Virus record (IMG/VR): IMGVR_UViG_3300034989_000049
Location: 1-29,075 of that record
Length of the DNA stretch: 29,075 nucleotides
Source of the DNA: a virus
Lineage: Duplodnaviria; Caudoviricetes
Reading direction: 5' to 3' (one strand)
Shown here: piece by piece, positions 1 to 9,237 of the stretch
Numbering within the stretch: the first letter of the stretch is position 1
How the letters are laid out: each line of letters starts with the position of its first letter
Position numbers and translations under genes: made by a program
Notes under the pieces: generated by a model
Database searches by the model: none
The model's input: only the letters and a program-made list of their open reading frames with translations
Told to the model about the DNA's origin: nothing

Positions 1-42
1 GAACAGGAACAAAAAATGCAGCCAATGAATCCAAAGACATAA
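1..42 (+). pseudogene. Possible 3' remnant of a lost upstream gene (portal-like Q/M/P-rich tail)
   Basis: Reads EQEQKMQPMNPKT-stop. Across the circular junction the frame hits TGA (28925-28927) seven codons upstream with no ATG between. This position, before the scaffold/MCP block, is where portal genes usually lie. Confidence 0.35.
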
Positions 43-127
43 AAAGAACAGATGTGCGTCCCTGTAATTTAAGGGTAGAATATTGCACTTTCGATGCAAT
101 TGTCTCGGTTCGAATCCGGGTGGGGAC
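1..127. repeat. Terminal direct repeat, left copy (circular overlap)
   Basis: 1-127 is identical to 28949-29075; 127 equals a common maximum assembler k. Confidence 0.95.
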
Positions 128-128
128 G
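58..128 (+). tRNA. trnE: tRNA-Glu (TTC), CCA not encoded
   Basis: Acceptor GTCCCTG/TGGGGAC, D stem ATTT/GAAT, anticodon stem TTGCA/TGCAA with loop CTTTCGA, 4-nt variable loop, T arm CTCGG-TTCGAAT-CCGGG, discriminator G. Confidence 0.9.
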
Positions 129-144
129 TTATAAGGAGAGAGCA

Positions 145-603
145 ATGCGAAATCACTATCCGATTGGCCAAAAGATATTGCATGATTTAGGAAGTTATGC
201 ACCGATTATAAACAAAGCAGAGATGGCAAAGATTACTCAGCAAAGTTATAAAGAGGTATTACAAGAAAGTCTTAATGATGGCTATAGAAAAACCAGGGGG
301 GATTTTTTTGTAGAGATGCATTTTAAGCGTGATGCACTTTTCTTTAAATTATTTAAGATTATACCTCGGTTACGTTTAAGGTGTCCTGTTCCTATGTATG
401 GACGTGCTCTATTTCACTATAAAAGAAAAGAAGATAGAGTAGAAATGTTATGGCACATTCCTCAGAAGTTTTTCTTTGATCATCCTGAATTGTTGCATAT
501 CGGAGAAGAAGGAAACCAAGAATTACTTGAAAATATGGCTGCTTTTAGAAGAGGTGATTTTTTTAAGATATATGAATCATTTATCAGTAAGGAGAATGCA
601 TGA
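145..603 (+). CDS. Hypothetical phage head-module protein
   Basis: AAGGAG RBS before ATG at 145 (the ORF-track start at 94 overlaps the tRNA); ATGA overlap with the next gene. Confidence 0.8.
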   Translation: MRNHYPIGQKILHDLGSYAPIINKAEMAKITQQSYKEVLQESLNDGYRKTRGDFFVEMHFKRDALFFKLFKIIPRLRLRCPVPMYGRALFHYKRKEDRVEMLWHIPQKFFFDHPELLHIGEEGNQELLENMAAFRRGDFFKIYESFISKENA

Positions 604-1298
604 CTGAACAAGAAGACATAAAAGAATCCGTACCAGAAAGTGCGCCAGAAGAACAACAAGAGGAACTTCAAGAGCGGCAAGAAACTGAAAGTGTACAAGA
701 AGAAGAAAAAGAAGATATAAGATCACGAAATTTGCGGCTTATTGCACAGGCAAAAGAAAAAGTAGAGCAACAAAATAAATATTTACTTAACGAAAAAAAA
801 CAACTGCAAGAGAAAATTAAAAAATATGAGTCTGAATATGAAGATCTTGATGATACATCAGATGAAAAAGAATATGTTAAAGAAATACAAGAATTAAAAG
901 AACAACAAGCTGCTTTAATGCAGCAAATGAACTTAGAAAGAGCCGAAAAGCAAATTGTAACAAAGTATCCTGATTTTGCAGATGTGGTAAGCAATGTAAA
1001 TATGGCTATTTTACAGGAACAAGACACAACGCTTTATGATAAAATACAAGAAGAACCTGATATTATAAAAAAGGCTGATTTGGCTTATAAAGGTATTTTA
1101 AAACACAACATTTACGAAGCAGCAACGAATGCACAAACAAAAAAAGAAGCTATATTGCGTAATATGAAAAAGCCTAGACCAGCGGGTGCTCTTCCCAAAG
1201 AAGGAAATGTAGATGTAGCACCTATTGATAGACTTAATTCGCCGCAATATCAAAATGAACTACGTAGAAAAGCTCAACTTGCCCGATCAAGACTGTAA
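600..1298 (+). CDS. Putative capsid scaffolding protein
   Basis: Acidic E/Q-rich N-terminus, coiled coil, KYPDF motif, basic C-terminus; directly upstream of the MCP. Confidence 0.75.
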   Translation: MTEQEDIKESVPESAPEEQQEELQERQETESVQEEEKEDIRSRNLRLIAQAKEKVEQQNKYLLNEKKQLQEKIKKYESEYEDLDDTSDEKEYVKEIQELKEQQAALMQQMNLERAEKQIVTKYPDFADVVSNVNMAILQEQDTTLYDKIQEEPDIIKKADLAYKGILKHNIYEAATNAQTKKEAILRNMKKPRPAGALPKEGNVDVAPIDRLNSPQYQNELRRKAQLARSRL

Positions 1299-1335
1299 GG
1301 GTCATTGATTTCTCATTTACTTTTTTCCTTTTTTT

Positions 1336-1390
1336 ATAATCGGGAGACGTGAATGCATTCATGTTTCCCGATTATTTCTTGTTATTTTTT
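1336..1390 (+). terminator. Intrinsic terminator after the scaffold gene
   Basis: Long stem ATAATCGGGAGACGTGAAT/ATTCATGTTTCCCGATTAT (G-U wobbles favour the + strand) followed by a T-rich tail. Confidence 0.7.
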
Positions 1391-1408
1391 GACAACATAT
1401 ATTATCAT
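1379..1408 (+). promoter_or_regulatory. Candidate sigma70 promoter for the capsid transcript
   Basis: TTGTTA-N18-TATCAT would put the start near 1415, the first base of the structured leader. Confidence 0.35.
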
Positions 1409-1414
1409 AGAAGG

Positions 1415-1548
1415 GAGCGTTAAAAATTCTAAGCGCATCGCTCACGCTTAGAGGCGTTAAACGAAGCAAAGGAATTCGCCATTCTTGATTATCGTATGAA
1501 TTGCTATCATACAGGCGTTAAATTGTTCGAAAGAATTCGCCGATCTTT
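1415..1548 (+). ncRNA. Structured RNA leader with three tandem pseudoknot units
   Basis: Three (A/G)GCGTTAA boxes (1416, 1453, 1514), each followed by a hairpin whose loop holds the complementary TCGC(T/C); an extra hairpin GTATGA/TCATAC at 1494-1512. Confidence 0.65.
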
Positions 1549-1581
1549 AAGATAAAACATTTTTTATTTTAAGGAGACATC

Positions 1582-2535
1582 ATGGCAAATCTTACAACAT
1601 TAGAAAACATTCCTCTTTCCTTAAAAGCAGAACTATCAGATACTGTTTTTTTGGATCCAGAACCTAATTTTGTATACACCAAGACAGCCATTATGACCCA
1701 ATTAAAAAAGGGACATGGGGATACAAAACGGTTTCCAAAGTATTCACGTGCTGATGCATTTACTACCCCTCTTCCAGAATCTGAATTAGATATTGACCCT
1801 CAAGTACTTGCAAAGACATTTATTGATGCACAAATTGCTTATTATGGTACTTATTTCCTTATCACTGAAAGAACAGTAGATCAAAATCCAGAAGATATAT
1901 TGCGTGTTCATGCGGACGAATTAAATTCAGCATTAAGAAAGACAGAAGACTTGCTTACCCGTGATATTTTACTTACAACTACCGCATCTATTCCATGTGT
2001 TTCAGGTGGAAATGGTGATATGCCAACACAACTAAGTGAAAAGGATTTATCTGCAGTAATTGCAACACTTGCAGGTGCTATTGCAAAACCAATTAAAGAA
2101 ATGATTCAAGGTTCTAATAAAATTGGAACTGCACCAGTTGCACAAGCATATATGGGTATTACCCATCCAGATCTTATTCCTGATCTTGAAGCTATGGATG
2201 ATTTTGTACCTGTTGAGAAGTATGGCTCAGGCTATAATCCAATGGATGCAGAATGGGGTGCGTATTCACGTATTCGTTTTGTGCAAACAACACAAGTACG
2301 TAAAGATACGGGCACATCTATTTTAGGTGCTACTGTATATAACAATTTAATATTGGGTAAAGATGCGTTCACACTTGTTAAACAAGGTGGTGAGAATGGC
2401 ACACTTGTTGGTCCTACAAAAACAGGCGCTCTAGAAGATAAATATCGATTTGGTATTAAGACTTCTTTTACGGGTGCATTACTCTTTGATCAACATGTTG
2501 CTAAAGTAACTTCTACCCGTTCAACCGCCTTATAA
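1582..2535 (+). CDS. Major capsid protein, N4-gp56-like family
   Basis: Motifs YGxYxxITE, TEDLLTRDIL, KIGTAPV..AY.GI.HPD, F.PVEKY, EWG...RF; strong TAAGGAG RBS. Confidence 0.88.
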   Translation: MANLTTLENIPLSLKAELSDTVFLDPEPNFVYTKTAIMTQLKKGHGDTKRFPKYSRADAFTTPLPESELDIDPQVLAKTFIDAQIAYYGTYFLITERTVDQNPEDILRVHADELNSALRKTEDLLTRDILLTTTASIPCVSGGNGDMPTQLSEKDLSAVIATLAGAIAKPIKEMIQGSNKIGTAPVAQAYMGITHPDLIPDLEAMDDFVPVEKYGSGYNPMDAEWGAYSRIRFVQTTQVRKDTGTSILGATVYNNLILGKDAFTLVKQGGENGTLVGPTKTGALEDKYRFGIKTSFTGALLFDQHVAKVTSTRSTAL

Positions 2536-2551
2536 TACCGAAGGAGAGAAA

Positions 2552-3559
2552 ATGAATAACAGATTATATGGAACATTTACTTCTGATGGTACAAATAAAG
2601 TGCTTGATCTTGGTGTAGGAATACAGGGATTTAGAGTTATTAATGCTACCCAAGCAGCTGCTACAAACAACGGATATGGATATCTCTATGAATGGAGTGC
2701 TTCCATGGGTACTAGCATGTATACCAATTACCATCCAGCAGCAGATGCTACCGCTGCTAGTGATGTAGTTGCTAATAGTTTTACACAGTTTGATTCTTCA
2801 AATTACAGTGTAGGAGCTAATGTAACTGCAACTGCTGGTACAAACGTTGTAGGTCCACGAATTAGTACTGCTACTACTACTAATCTTTATGAAGGATGTG
2901 TAGTACGTTTAAATAGTTCTGGATTTACCAACTTGAATGGTGTTGATTTTACTATTGACACTATTGCTGCCGGTGTTTCTTTTGATCTTGCAAACGACTT
3001 GGCTACTGCCCCTGGTAGAACAGCTGAAACAGGAGCCACGGGACCAGCTGGTGTATTTTATTATCAATTGGTTGCCCCTAATAGAGAGATATATGACATT
3101 ATATATCCTTCTGCTCGTGTAATATCAAATATCACACAAGCAGCAAGTGCAGTTGTGACAACACTGGTAGACTCTGGTCATCAGATTGGTGATTACGTTA
3201 AATTCTACGTACCATCTTCTTGTGGTATGACAGAACTTAATGGTCAAACTGGAAGAGTAACAGCAGTAAGTACAGCTGCTCATCCATACACCTTTACGGT
3301 TGATATTGATACGAGTGCTTATACTGCATTCCAGTTTCCTGTGTATAATGCAACAAGTCTGAAGAAAGCCTATGTAATACCGGCAGGTGATACATATACG
3401 GTTAATTCAGTAACTGGCGATTTAGAAACATATTATGGAGGTGCTATTTCACGACGTGCCTTTAGAGGTGTTATTTTAAGAGCTGGTACAGCATATCCAG
3501 CAGGTAATGATGGTGATACTATTCATTGGCAAGCATGGAAAGCTGCAACCACCTATTAG
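2552..3559 (+). CDS. Structural/decoration protein with E1 FCCH-like beta domains
   Basis: ISNITQAASAVVTT..H.IGDYV.F....GMTELNG..G.V...YTFTVDIDTSAYTAF is an FCCH-like signature; a second degenerate copy lies N-terminally; follows the MCP. Confidence 0.7.
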   Translation: MNNRLYGTFTSDGTNKVLDLGVGIQGFRVINATQAAATNNGYGYLYEWSASMGTSMYTNYHPAADATAASDVVANSFTQFDSSNYSVGANVTATAGTNVVGPRISTATTTNLYEGCVVRLNSSGFTNLNGVDFTIDTIAAGVSFDLANDLATAPGRTAETGATGPAGVFYYQLVAPNREIYDIIYPSARVISNITQAASAVVTTLVDSGHQIGDYVKFYVPSSCGMTELNGQTGRVTAVSTAAHPYTFTVDIDTSAYTAFQFPVYNATSLKKAYVIPAGDTYTVNSVTGDLETYYGGAISRRAFRGVILRAGTAYPAGNDGDTIHWQAWKAATTY

Positions 3560-3563
3560 TAGT

Positions 3564-3599
3564 AATATTGGCGCTCTTTTAAAAGAGCGCCAATATTTT
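3564..3599 (+). terminator. Perfect 34-bp palindrome, probable terminator
   Basis: AATATTGGCGCTCTTTT|AAAAGAGCGCCAATATT (3564-3597) straight after the head genes. Confidence 0.7.
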
Positions 3600-3610
3600 A
3601 GAGGAGATGT

Positions 3611-4030
3611 ATGGAAAATAAAACCGCCCCTATTAAAAAAAGCAAAGAAACCATTAAAAAAGAGTACATTCAAAAAGCACAAAAAATGATACGTGGTCGC
3701 ATTATGTTTTACCATATGCGTGGCATTAAAGAAAAAGACTTGGTATGGCGTGATCTTACGAAACCACATCAAATACATACCAAAAAAGTAAAACATATGG
3801 ATATCATTGAAATTCCATTTCATTACGCAGTAGATTTAAATAAAAGTGGCATTCTTAAAAGAAATAAACATGTGCCGATGCGTTTAGAAGATAGTGATGG
3901 AAATCAACGACATGTACAAGTAAATGATAATGAGCAAATATATTATTTCAGGCCTATGGATCTTTTATCAAATGAAGAACTTGCTGAATTAGAACCAAGC
4001 ACTATAGAAAGTGCTCAGTTTTTAGATTAA
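3611..4030 (+). CDS. Hypothetical protein
   Basis: GAGGAG RBS, 139-aa ORF in the operon. Confidence 0.8.
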   Translation: MENKTAPIKKSKETIKKEYIQKAQKMIRGRIMFYHMRGIKEKDLVWRDLTKPHQIHTKKVKHMDIIEIPFHYAVDLNKSGILKRNKHVPMRLEDSDGNQRHVQVNDNEQIYYFRPMDLLSNEELAELEPSTIESAQFLD

Positions 4031-4048
4031 AAGAGAAAGGAGAGGGTA

Positions 4049-4969
4049 ATGCCTGATAGTACATTGTCTACATTAGGCAGTATACGTACAAAAATAAGAC
4101 GTTTAACAAAATCACCAGGGGAATCTCAATTACCTACTAATACAATTGATACTTATATTAACTCTTTCATCTTGTATGATATGCCGCCCGATGTGAGTCT
4201 TAACAGTCTTAAAAAAGTATTACGTTTTTATACAGAACCCTATATAGAATCCTATAGCACCAGTGAAACAGAGACAGATGCACTTTATAATTTTAAGAAT
4301 AATTATGCTCTTGCATCTAATACCGTTTTTATAGGAGGAGACTTAGCTTATTTTACTGAATCACGATCTGATTTCTATCAACGATATCCACGCACTAACC
4401 AGCAAGAAAGTATTGGAACAGGAGATGATGTAACTACTAACTTTACTGGTACATTAACTGGTTATCCCGTCTATCGAAATAATGTTGTGTTTGCATCAAA
4501 GAATGTCGTAGATGCGTATATTAAAATGTACGATGATGGAAATGGTACCTTTGAAGGAGATGGAGCAGGTGGGATAGATTATATAACAGGTGTGTATGAT
4601 ATTATTTTTACGACAGCACCAGCAACGGGAGAAGATGTATATTGTCAACGTGCAACCTATCGAGTTTCTAAGCCTAATACGATTCTTTATTTCCAAGATA
4701 CGTTCTATCTGCGTCCTATACCTGACAAAGCCTATCCGGTTGAAGTAGAGGTATATCAACGACCAACAGAGTTAATTGATGCAGGTCAATTACCAGATCT
4801 TTCTGAGTGGTGGGAATATATAGCCATTGGAAGTGCAAGAAAAATATTAATTGATCGAGCAGATTATGATACCGCTACTATTTTAGAAAGAGAGTTAGCA
4901 AAGAAAGAAGAACACGTTTTATATAAAACCATTATGCAGAACTCAATGCAAGATGGATATGGAGTATAA
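4049..4969 (+). CDS. Putative head-tail adaptor (T7 gp11/P22 gp4 positional analogue)
   Basis: N-terminal TL..IR.KIRRLT..P, RPIPDK.Y, and helical WWEYIA.G C-terminus; position between head and nozzle genes. Confidence 0.65.
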   Translation: MPDSTLSTLGSIRTKIRRLTKSPGESQLPTNTIDTYINSFILYDMPPDVSLNSLKKVLRFYTEPYIESYSTSETETDALYNFKNNYALASNTVFIGGDLAYFTESRSDFYQRYPRTNQQESIGTGDDVTTNFTGTLTGYPVYRNNVVFASKNVVDAYIKMYDDGNGTFEGDGAGGIDYITGVYDIIFTTAPATGEDVYCQRATYRVSKPNTILYFQDTFYLRPIPDKAYPVEVEVYQRPTELIDAGQLPDLSEWWEYIAIGSARKILIDRADYDTATILERELAKKEEHVLYKTIMQNSMQDGYGV

Positions 4970-4971
4970 TT

Positions 4972-5559
4972 ATGGCATATGATCAGACGAAACCCCAATC
5001 AACTGATACAAAAAGCGCCTCTCAGCCAGTTATTTTAGAGAATTTTCTTCAAATTTATAACTTTGTAGGCCAAGATCATGAACAATTTAATACCCCCAAC
5101 GCTGGCAAACATAAATATGTAACATATACAAGACAAGGGGCAGATCCAGGAACGGCTGCAACTGATATAGCCGTCTATTCTAAAGTTTCAGATATTACTG
5201 CTGAAACTGGTATTTTTTGGCAACGACAAAATAATGGAAATGTTATTGAGATGACGGCTTTTGAGGCTGATGGTCATAATGGCTATACTATGCTTCCTTC
5301 TGGATTAAAACTTAATTTTGGAAGAGGTACAATTAGTGCAGGCTCAGACACAGGAGCAGTTATTACATTTGAAAGTGAATTTAGCACTGATTGTTATGCA
5401 ATATCTTTTGCTTTATTAGGAGTGGCTGGGAGTTATGATGGAGCAGATTGGCATTTTTATGCAGCTGGTTTAGATGAGACGGGATTTATACCAACACGTA
5501 TTCGTCCTGGTTATCATGGATCTGACATATCATTTTCTTATATAGCTATTGGAGATTAA
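4972..5559 (+). CDS. Virion protein with gp53-like tail-fibre C-terminal domain
   Basis: GYTMLPSGLKLNFG...ITF...F...CY...SYIAIG motif typical of these domains. Confidence 0.65.
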   Translation: MAYDQTKPQSTDTKSASQPVILENFLQIYNFVGQDHEQFNTPNAGKHKYVTYTRQGADPGTAATDIAVYSKVSDITAETGIFWQRQNNGNVIEMTAFEADGHNGYTMLPSGLKLNFGRGTISAGSDTGAVITFESEFSTDCYAISFALLGVAGSYDGADWHFYAAGLDETGFIPTRIRPGYHGSDISFSYIAIGD

Positions 5560-5560
5560 G

Positions 5561-7792
5561 ATGGCAAACAGGTTCTTGATAGCGCCTTTTAATTCTGGGT
5601 TACAATGTAATCTTCCTGTATGGCAAACACCTGAAGACTCATTTTATACGTTAGAGAATGCATATATTCATCGAGGAGTTATAAAAAAAAGATTTGGATC
5701 TATGTATATAGGCACCGGTGCTACCACTGAACAAACAGCACAATTAAAATCACGGTTTCGTATCCATGTTGATACTACAGATGAAAATGGAGATGCAACG
5801 GGCGTAGTTCCTGGTGCTGTTTTTAGAACAGGTCAAATCTTTTCTATTGGAAGTGAAATTTATACTGTTGTAACTGGGGGGTATGAACAAGATATGTTAG
5901 TATCTGGAGGAGCAGCAACTGTGTATAATTACAGCACTGTTGCGGGTGTTAATCCTGCAGGTACGTATAATTTTGAAGATGCAACTGCTTTAACAAATGT
6001 GTATTGGTATCCAGCTGATCCAGTCATGGGTCTTACTTTATGGGAAAAAGGTGATATTCATAATAGAACAGCCATAGGCTTTGATCCTCAATTTATTTAT
6101 CAGTTTAGTGGAATTGCATGGACACGCTCAGGAACAACTGTGTTTAGGGGTGATAATACTAACTATTTTTGGGCTACTAATTTTGAAGGTGAAGATCCAG
6201 ATGAAACTGCGCTCTTTGTTACTAATTATAATGCGGATGAAGCGAATACCGATCTTATGTATTATACGCAGGATATTACAACATGGAATGCTTTTACCCC
6301 TATTGTAGTACCAAATGGTGGTATAGGAAGAGTTGAAGTAGCAACAGCTAAAATTATTGCACCGTTTAAAAGTTCTCTATTATTGTTTGGGACATACGAA
6401 CGTACTGTTGCTGGATTAGGACCTCCCATTACCTATACATATAAAACGTTTAAAAATCGTATACGATGGTGTACACCGGGAAAACCTCTTGATACTGATT
6501 ATGCATGGCTTCCAGGCACAGAAGATGGTTATACTGGTGGTGGTTTTCTAGATGCGCCGGTAGAAGAAGAAATAGTTTCAATAGGGTATGTGCAAGATAG
6601 ACTTATTGTTTATTTTGAACGTTCTACCTATGAATTAGTATTTACTTTTAATGAATCATATCCCTTTATCTTACAACGAATTAGTAGTGATCTGGGATCT
6701 GCGTCTCAGTTTTCATCAGTACAATCTGAAAATGGAGTACTTACGATTGGTGATACAGGTATTCATATATGTAATGGAGTAAGAGTTTCACGTATCGATC
6801 AGAAAATTCCTGATCAAATTTCTACGTATTTAAAAGAAAATACTGCAGTTAAACGAATCTGTGGTATTAAAAATTTTGATAGAGAAGTTTTTTATTGGTC
6901 TATACCGGCACAAAGAGCTGCTGATACTGAAAAGTATCCTGATAAAATTTTAACGTATAACTATGAAAATGATTCATTTGCAATCTTTGATGATTGTATT
7001 ACGGCATTTGGTTATTTAGAACAAAAAATTAGTGATACATGGGAAGAAGATTATCAAATGTGGGAAGATGATGATAGTACATGGGAAGATGCAGATGAAC
7101 TTGCTGGTTATCTTAAAGTAATTGCGGGCAATCAGCATGGATTTGTATTTGCGTTGACAGATAATGATAATACCAATGCGCCCGTTTTACAGGTGACTAA
7201 TATTGTAGGAACTACCTTAACGGTCTATGATCATAACTTACAAGTAGGAGACTATATACAATTACATAACTGTGGAGATGCTGATTATGATCTCATATAT
7301 AGAGTTGATAGTGTTCCTACTGATGATACATGTACTGTTGTAGGAATTGTAGTAGCTGGATATCGAGGAGGAGCCACAATCTCTCGGGTATCAAAGATAA
7401 ATATCGTTTCTACTGCATGGAATCCTTATAATAATAAAGGAAGAAATGTATCACTTTCTAAGATTATATTTGGTGTGAAAAAGACAGTGAATGGTGAAAT
7501 TTCTGTTAATTATTATCCTTCTCAAGCACGAGCTGATTTTATAACCGCTGCTCAAGCAACGGGTGCAGCAATTGGAACAAATGTTCTGGAAACAGGTCCC
7601 TATGATTTAATTCCGTTAGAAGCATCACAAGATCTTTTATGGCATAGTGTCTACTTGCAAGCAGAAGGAAATACGGTCCAGATACAGTTGACATGGAATG
7701 ATACACAGATAAGAAATAAAAGTATTGTAAGTAGTGATTTTGAAATACAGGGTATTATTTTAGAAACAAGTCCAACAGGAGGAATGGGATAA
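5561..7792 (+). CDS. Putative tail nozzle/stabilisation protein (P22 gp10/T7 gp12 analogue)
   Basis: GGAG RBS before ATG 5561; about 743 aa, beta-rich, N-terminal LENA...RG.IKKR.G motif, propeller-like repeats. Confidence 0.7.
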   Translation: MANRFLIAPFNSGLQCNLPVWQTPEDSFYTLENAYIHRGVIKKRFGSMYIGTGATTEQTAQLKSRFRIHVDTTDENGDATGVVPGAVFRTGQIFSIGSEIYTVVTGGYEQDMLVSGGAATVYNYSTVAGVNPAGTYNFEDATALTNVYWYPADPVMGLTLWEKGDIHNRTAIGFDPQFIYQFSGIAWTRSGTTVFRGDNTNYFWATNFEGEDPDETALFVTNYNADEANTDLMYYTQDITTWNAFTPIVVPNGGIGRVEVATAKIIAPFKSSLLLFGTYERTVAGLGPPITYTYKTFKNRIRWCTPGKPLDTDYAWLPGTEDGYTGGGFLDAPVEEEIVSIGYVQDRLIVYFERSTYELVFTFNESYPFILQRISSDLGSASQFSSVQSENGVLTIGDTGIHICNGVRVSRIDQKIPDQISTYLKENTAVKRICGIKNFDREVFYWSIPAQRAADTEKYPDKILTYNYENDSFAIFDDCITAFGYLEQKISDTWEEDYQMWEDDDSTWEDADELAGYLKVIAGNQHGFVFALTDNDNTNAPVLQVTNIVGTTLTVYDHNLQVGDYIQLHNCGDADYDLIYRVDSVPTDDTCTVVGIVVAGYRGGATISRVSKINIVSTAWNPYNNKGRNVSLSKIIFGVKKTVNGEISVNYYPSQARADFITAAQATGAAIGTNVLETGPYDLIPLEASQDLLWHSVYLQAEGNTVQIQLTWNDTQIRNKSIVSSDFEIQGIILETSPTGGMG

Positions 7793-7794
7793 GC

Positions 7795-8244
7795 ATGGGA
7801 GTTTTACCAGCTGATCAAGCATGGAATGTTAAAGATAAATCTTTTCCTACGCAGTTACATCAAAATTTTAATACATTATCAATAGTATTATCTCAAAAAG
7901 AAAGTGGTATTTATTCGGTACTTCAAACTGAAACAGGAATAATACAATATCCCGAACAAAATGGAGGAACCGCTGTAAAACGTAAGAGTTTTCACATTGC
8001 AGCCTTAGAGAACGGTCCAGGCACGCACACTTATCCCCATGGGTTGAAATTTGCAAAGATTTTTCATTATTGGGGTATTGCAAATGATACAACTGCTGGT
8101 ATAGCATTAACACTTCCATTTATGTCTACAGTTGCAGGTGATGCAATAGAAGTATGGATAGATACTACGGATATATATATCCGCATAGGAAAAAACAGAA
8201 GTTCTTATGAGGTTGATATATATATAGAATTTTTATTAAAATGA
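7795..8244 (+). CDS. Hypothetical virion protein
   Basis: Tightly coupled ORF in the tail operon; beta-rich C-terminus. Confidence 0.75.
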   Translation: MGVLPADQAWNVKDKSFPTQLHQNFNTLSIVLSQKESGIYSVLQTETGIIQYPEQNGGTAVKRKSFHIAALENGPGTHTYPHGLKFAKIFHYWGIANDTTAGIALTLPFMSTVAGDAIEVWIDTTDIYIRIGKNRSSYEVDIYIEFLLK

Positions 8245-8259
8245 GAGAAGGAGAATATA

Positions 8260-8850
8260 ATGGCTTTTCCATGGGCATCATTAATTGCGCAAGCAGTTCC
8301 AACAGCGGTAGGAGCTGGGATGTCACTATTTGGCAAAAAAAGACAACCAGGTGTCACACAGTTACCAACTATCACATCGGCACAACAAGAATTATTTAAT
8401 CAATTAGGTCCTACGCTTCTTGAAGGAATTCAAGATCCTACAAAAGGATTTGAGCCTATAGCCGAAGAAGCTCGTGCCAATCTTCAATCAAAAACATTAC
8501 CAATGATAGCGAACAGATTTGGTGGTTTAGGGGCATTACGATCAAGTGGCTATCAATCAGCTATGCAAGGTGCAGGAGCGCAACTAGAAAGAAGTTTGGC
8601 TGCTCAAAAAGCATTGTTTGGCAATCAACGATTAAGTGCATTATCTGGTTTATTGGGTCAATTCTTTCGACCTCAATTTGAGAATATATATGAACCCGGA
8701 GCAGCAGGTGGTGCGCAAATGCTTGGTTCTACTTTAATGGGACAAGGATTAGGGGGTTTATCAAATGTGATTGGTTCTTATTATCAAAATAAACCATTGA
8801 TGAAGGAACTTTCTAATGCAATAGAAGCATTTAAAAAAACACAAGCATAG
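8260..8850 (+). CDS. Putative DNA ejection/internal virion protein
   Basis: G/A/Q-rich with a hydrophobic N-terminus; position as in podovirus ejectosome genes. Confidence 0.6.
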   Translation: MAFPWASLIAQAVPTAVGAGMSLFGKKRQPGVTQLPTITSAQQELFNQLGPTLLEGIQDPTKGFEPIAEEARANLQSKTLPMIANRFGGLGALRSSGYQSAMQGAGAQLERSLAAQKALFGNQRLSALSGLLGQFFRPQFENIYEPGAAGGAQMLGSTLMGQGLGGLSNVIGSYYQNKPLMKELSNAIEAFKKTQA

Positions 8851-8859
8851 GAGAAAGAA

Positions 8860-9228
8860 ATGGCATATATATTACAAAAACCAAGTGCTGGACAACAAGT
8901 AGCTTATAATGTAGGGAGTCCTATAATAAGTGCATTGCAAAATCTTGCTCAGATGCAATTACAAAACATGCAGCAACAAAAAAAACGAGCATCTATGTTA
9001 GCGGGTCTTTCTTCTTTTATGTCACCAGAAAATGCAAAGATGTTTTCTTATTTGCCGAATTATCTTCAATTTGCTCTTTTAAGTAGAAGAGGCGGTAATA
9101 TATTAGGGAATTTACCTGGAAAAGGTAAAAATTTGACAGATGAGCAAGCAAAGATGTTTTTAGAACTTGTAGGAGGAGACAAAAATACAGCACGTTTACT
9201 TGCAAAAAGGGCTGGTTTTTTATTGTAG
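8860..9228 (+). CDS. Putative small ejection protein
   Basis: Q-rich helical protein; GGAG RBS; sits between ejection-like genes. Confidence 0.55.
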   Translation: MAYILQKPSAGQQVAYNVGSPIISALQNLAQMQLQNMQQQKKRASMLAGLSSFMSPENAKMFSYLPNYLQFALLSRRGGNILGNLPGKGKNLTDEQAKMFLELVGGDKNTARLLAKRAGFLL

Positions 9229-9237
9229 GGAGATACC

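Noticed and set aside
1-127. Biological terminal repeat or attL/attR at a tRNA
   Set aside because: The length equals a standard k-mer, it includes 57 bp upstream of the tRNA, and there is no integrase; assembler overlap is the simpler explanation.
94-144. ORF-track N-terminal extension
   Set aside because: It overlaps the tRNA; the RBS supports ATG 145.
1389-1394. TTGACA as -35 of the capsid promoter
   Set aside because: No -10 element at 16-18 bp spacing.
1415-1548. CRISPR mini-array
   Set aside because: Repeated boxes are only about 7-9 bp, spacing is irregular, and there are no cas genes.
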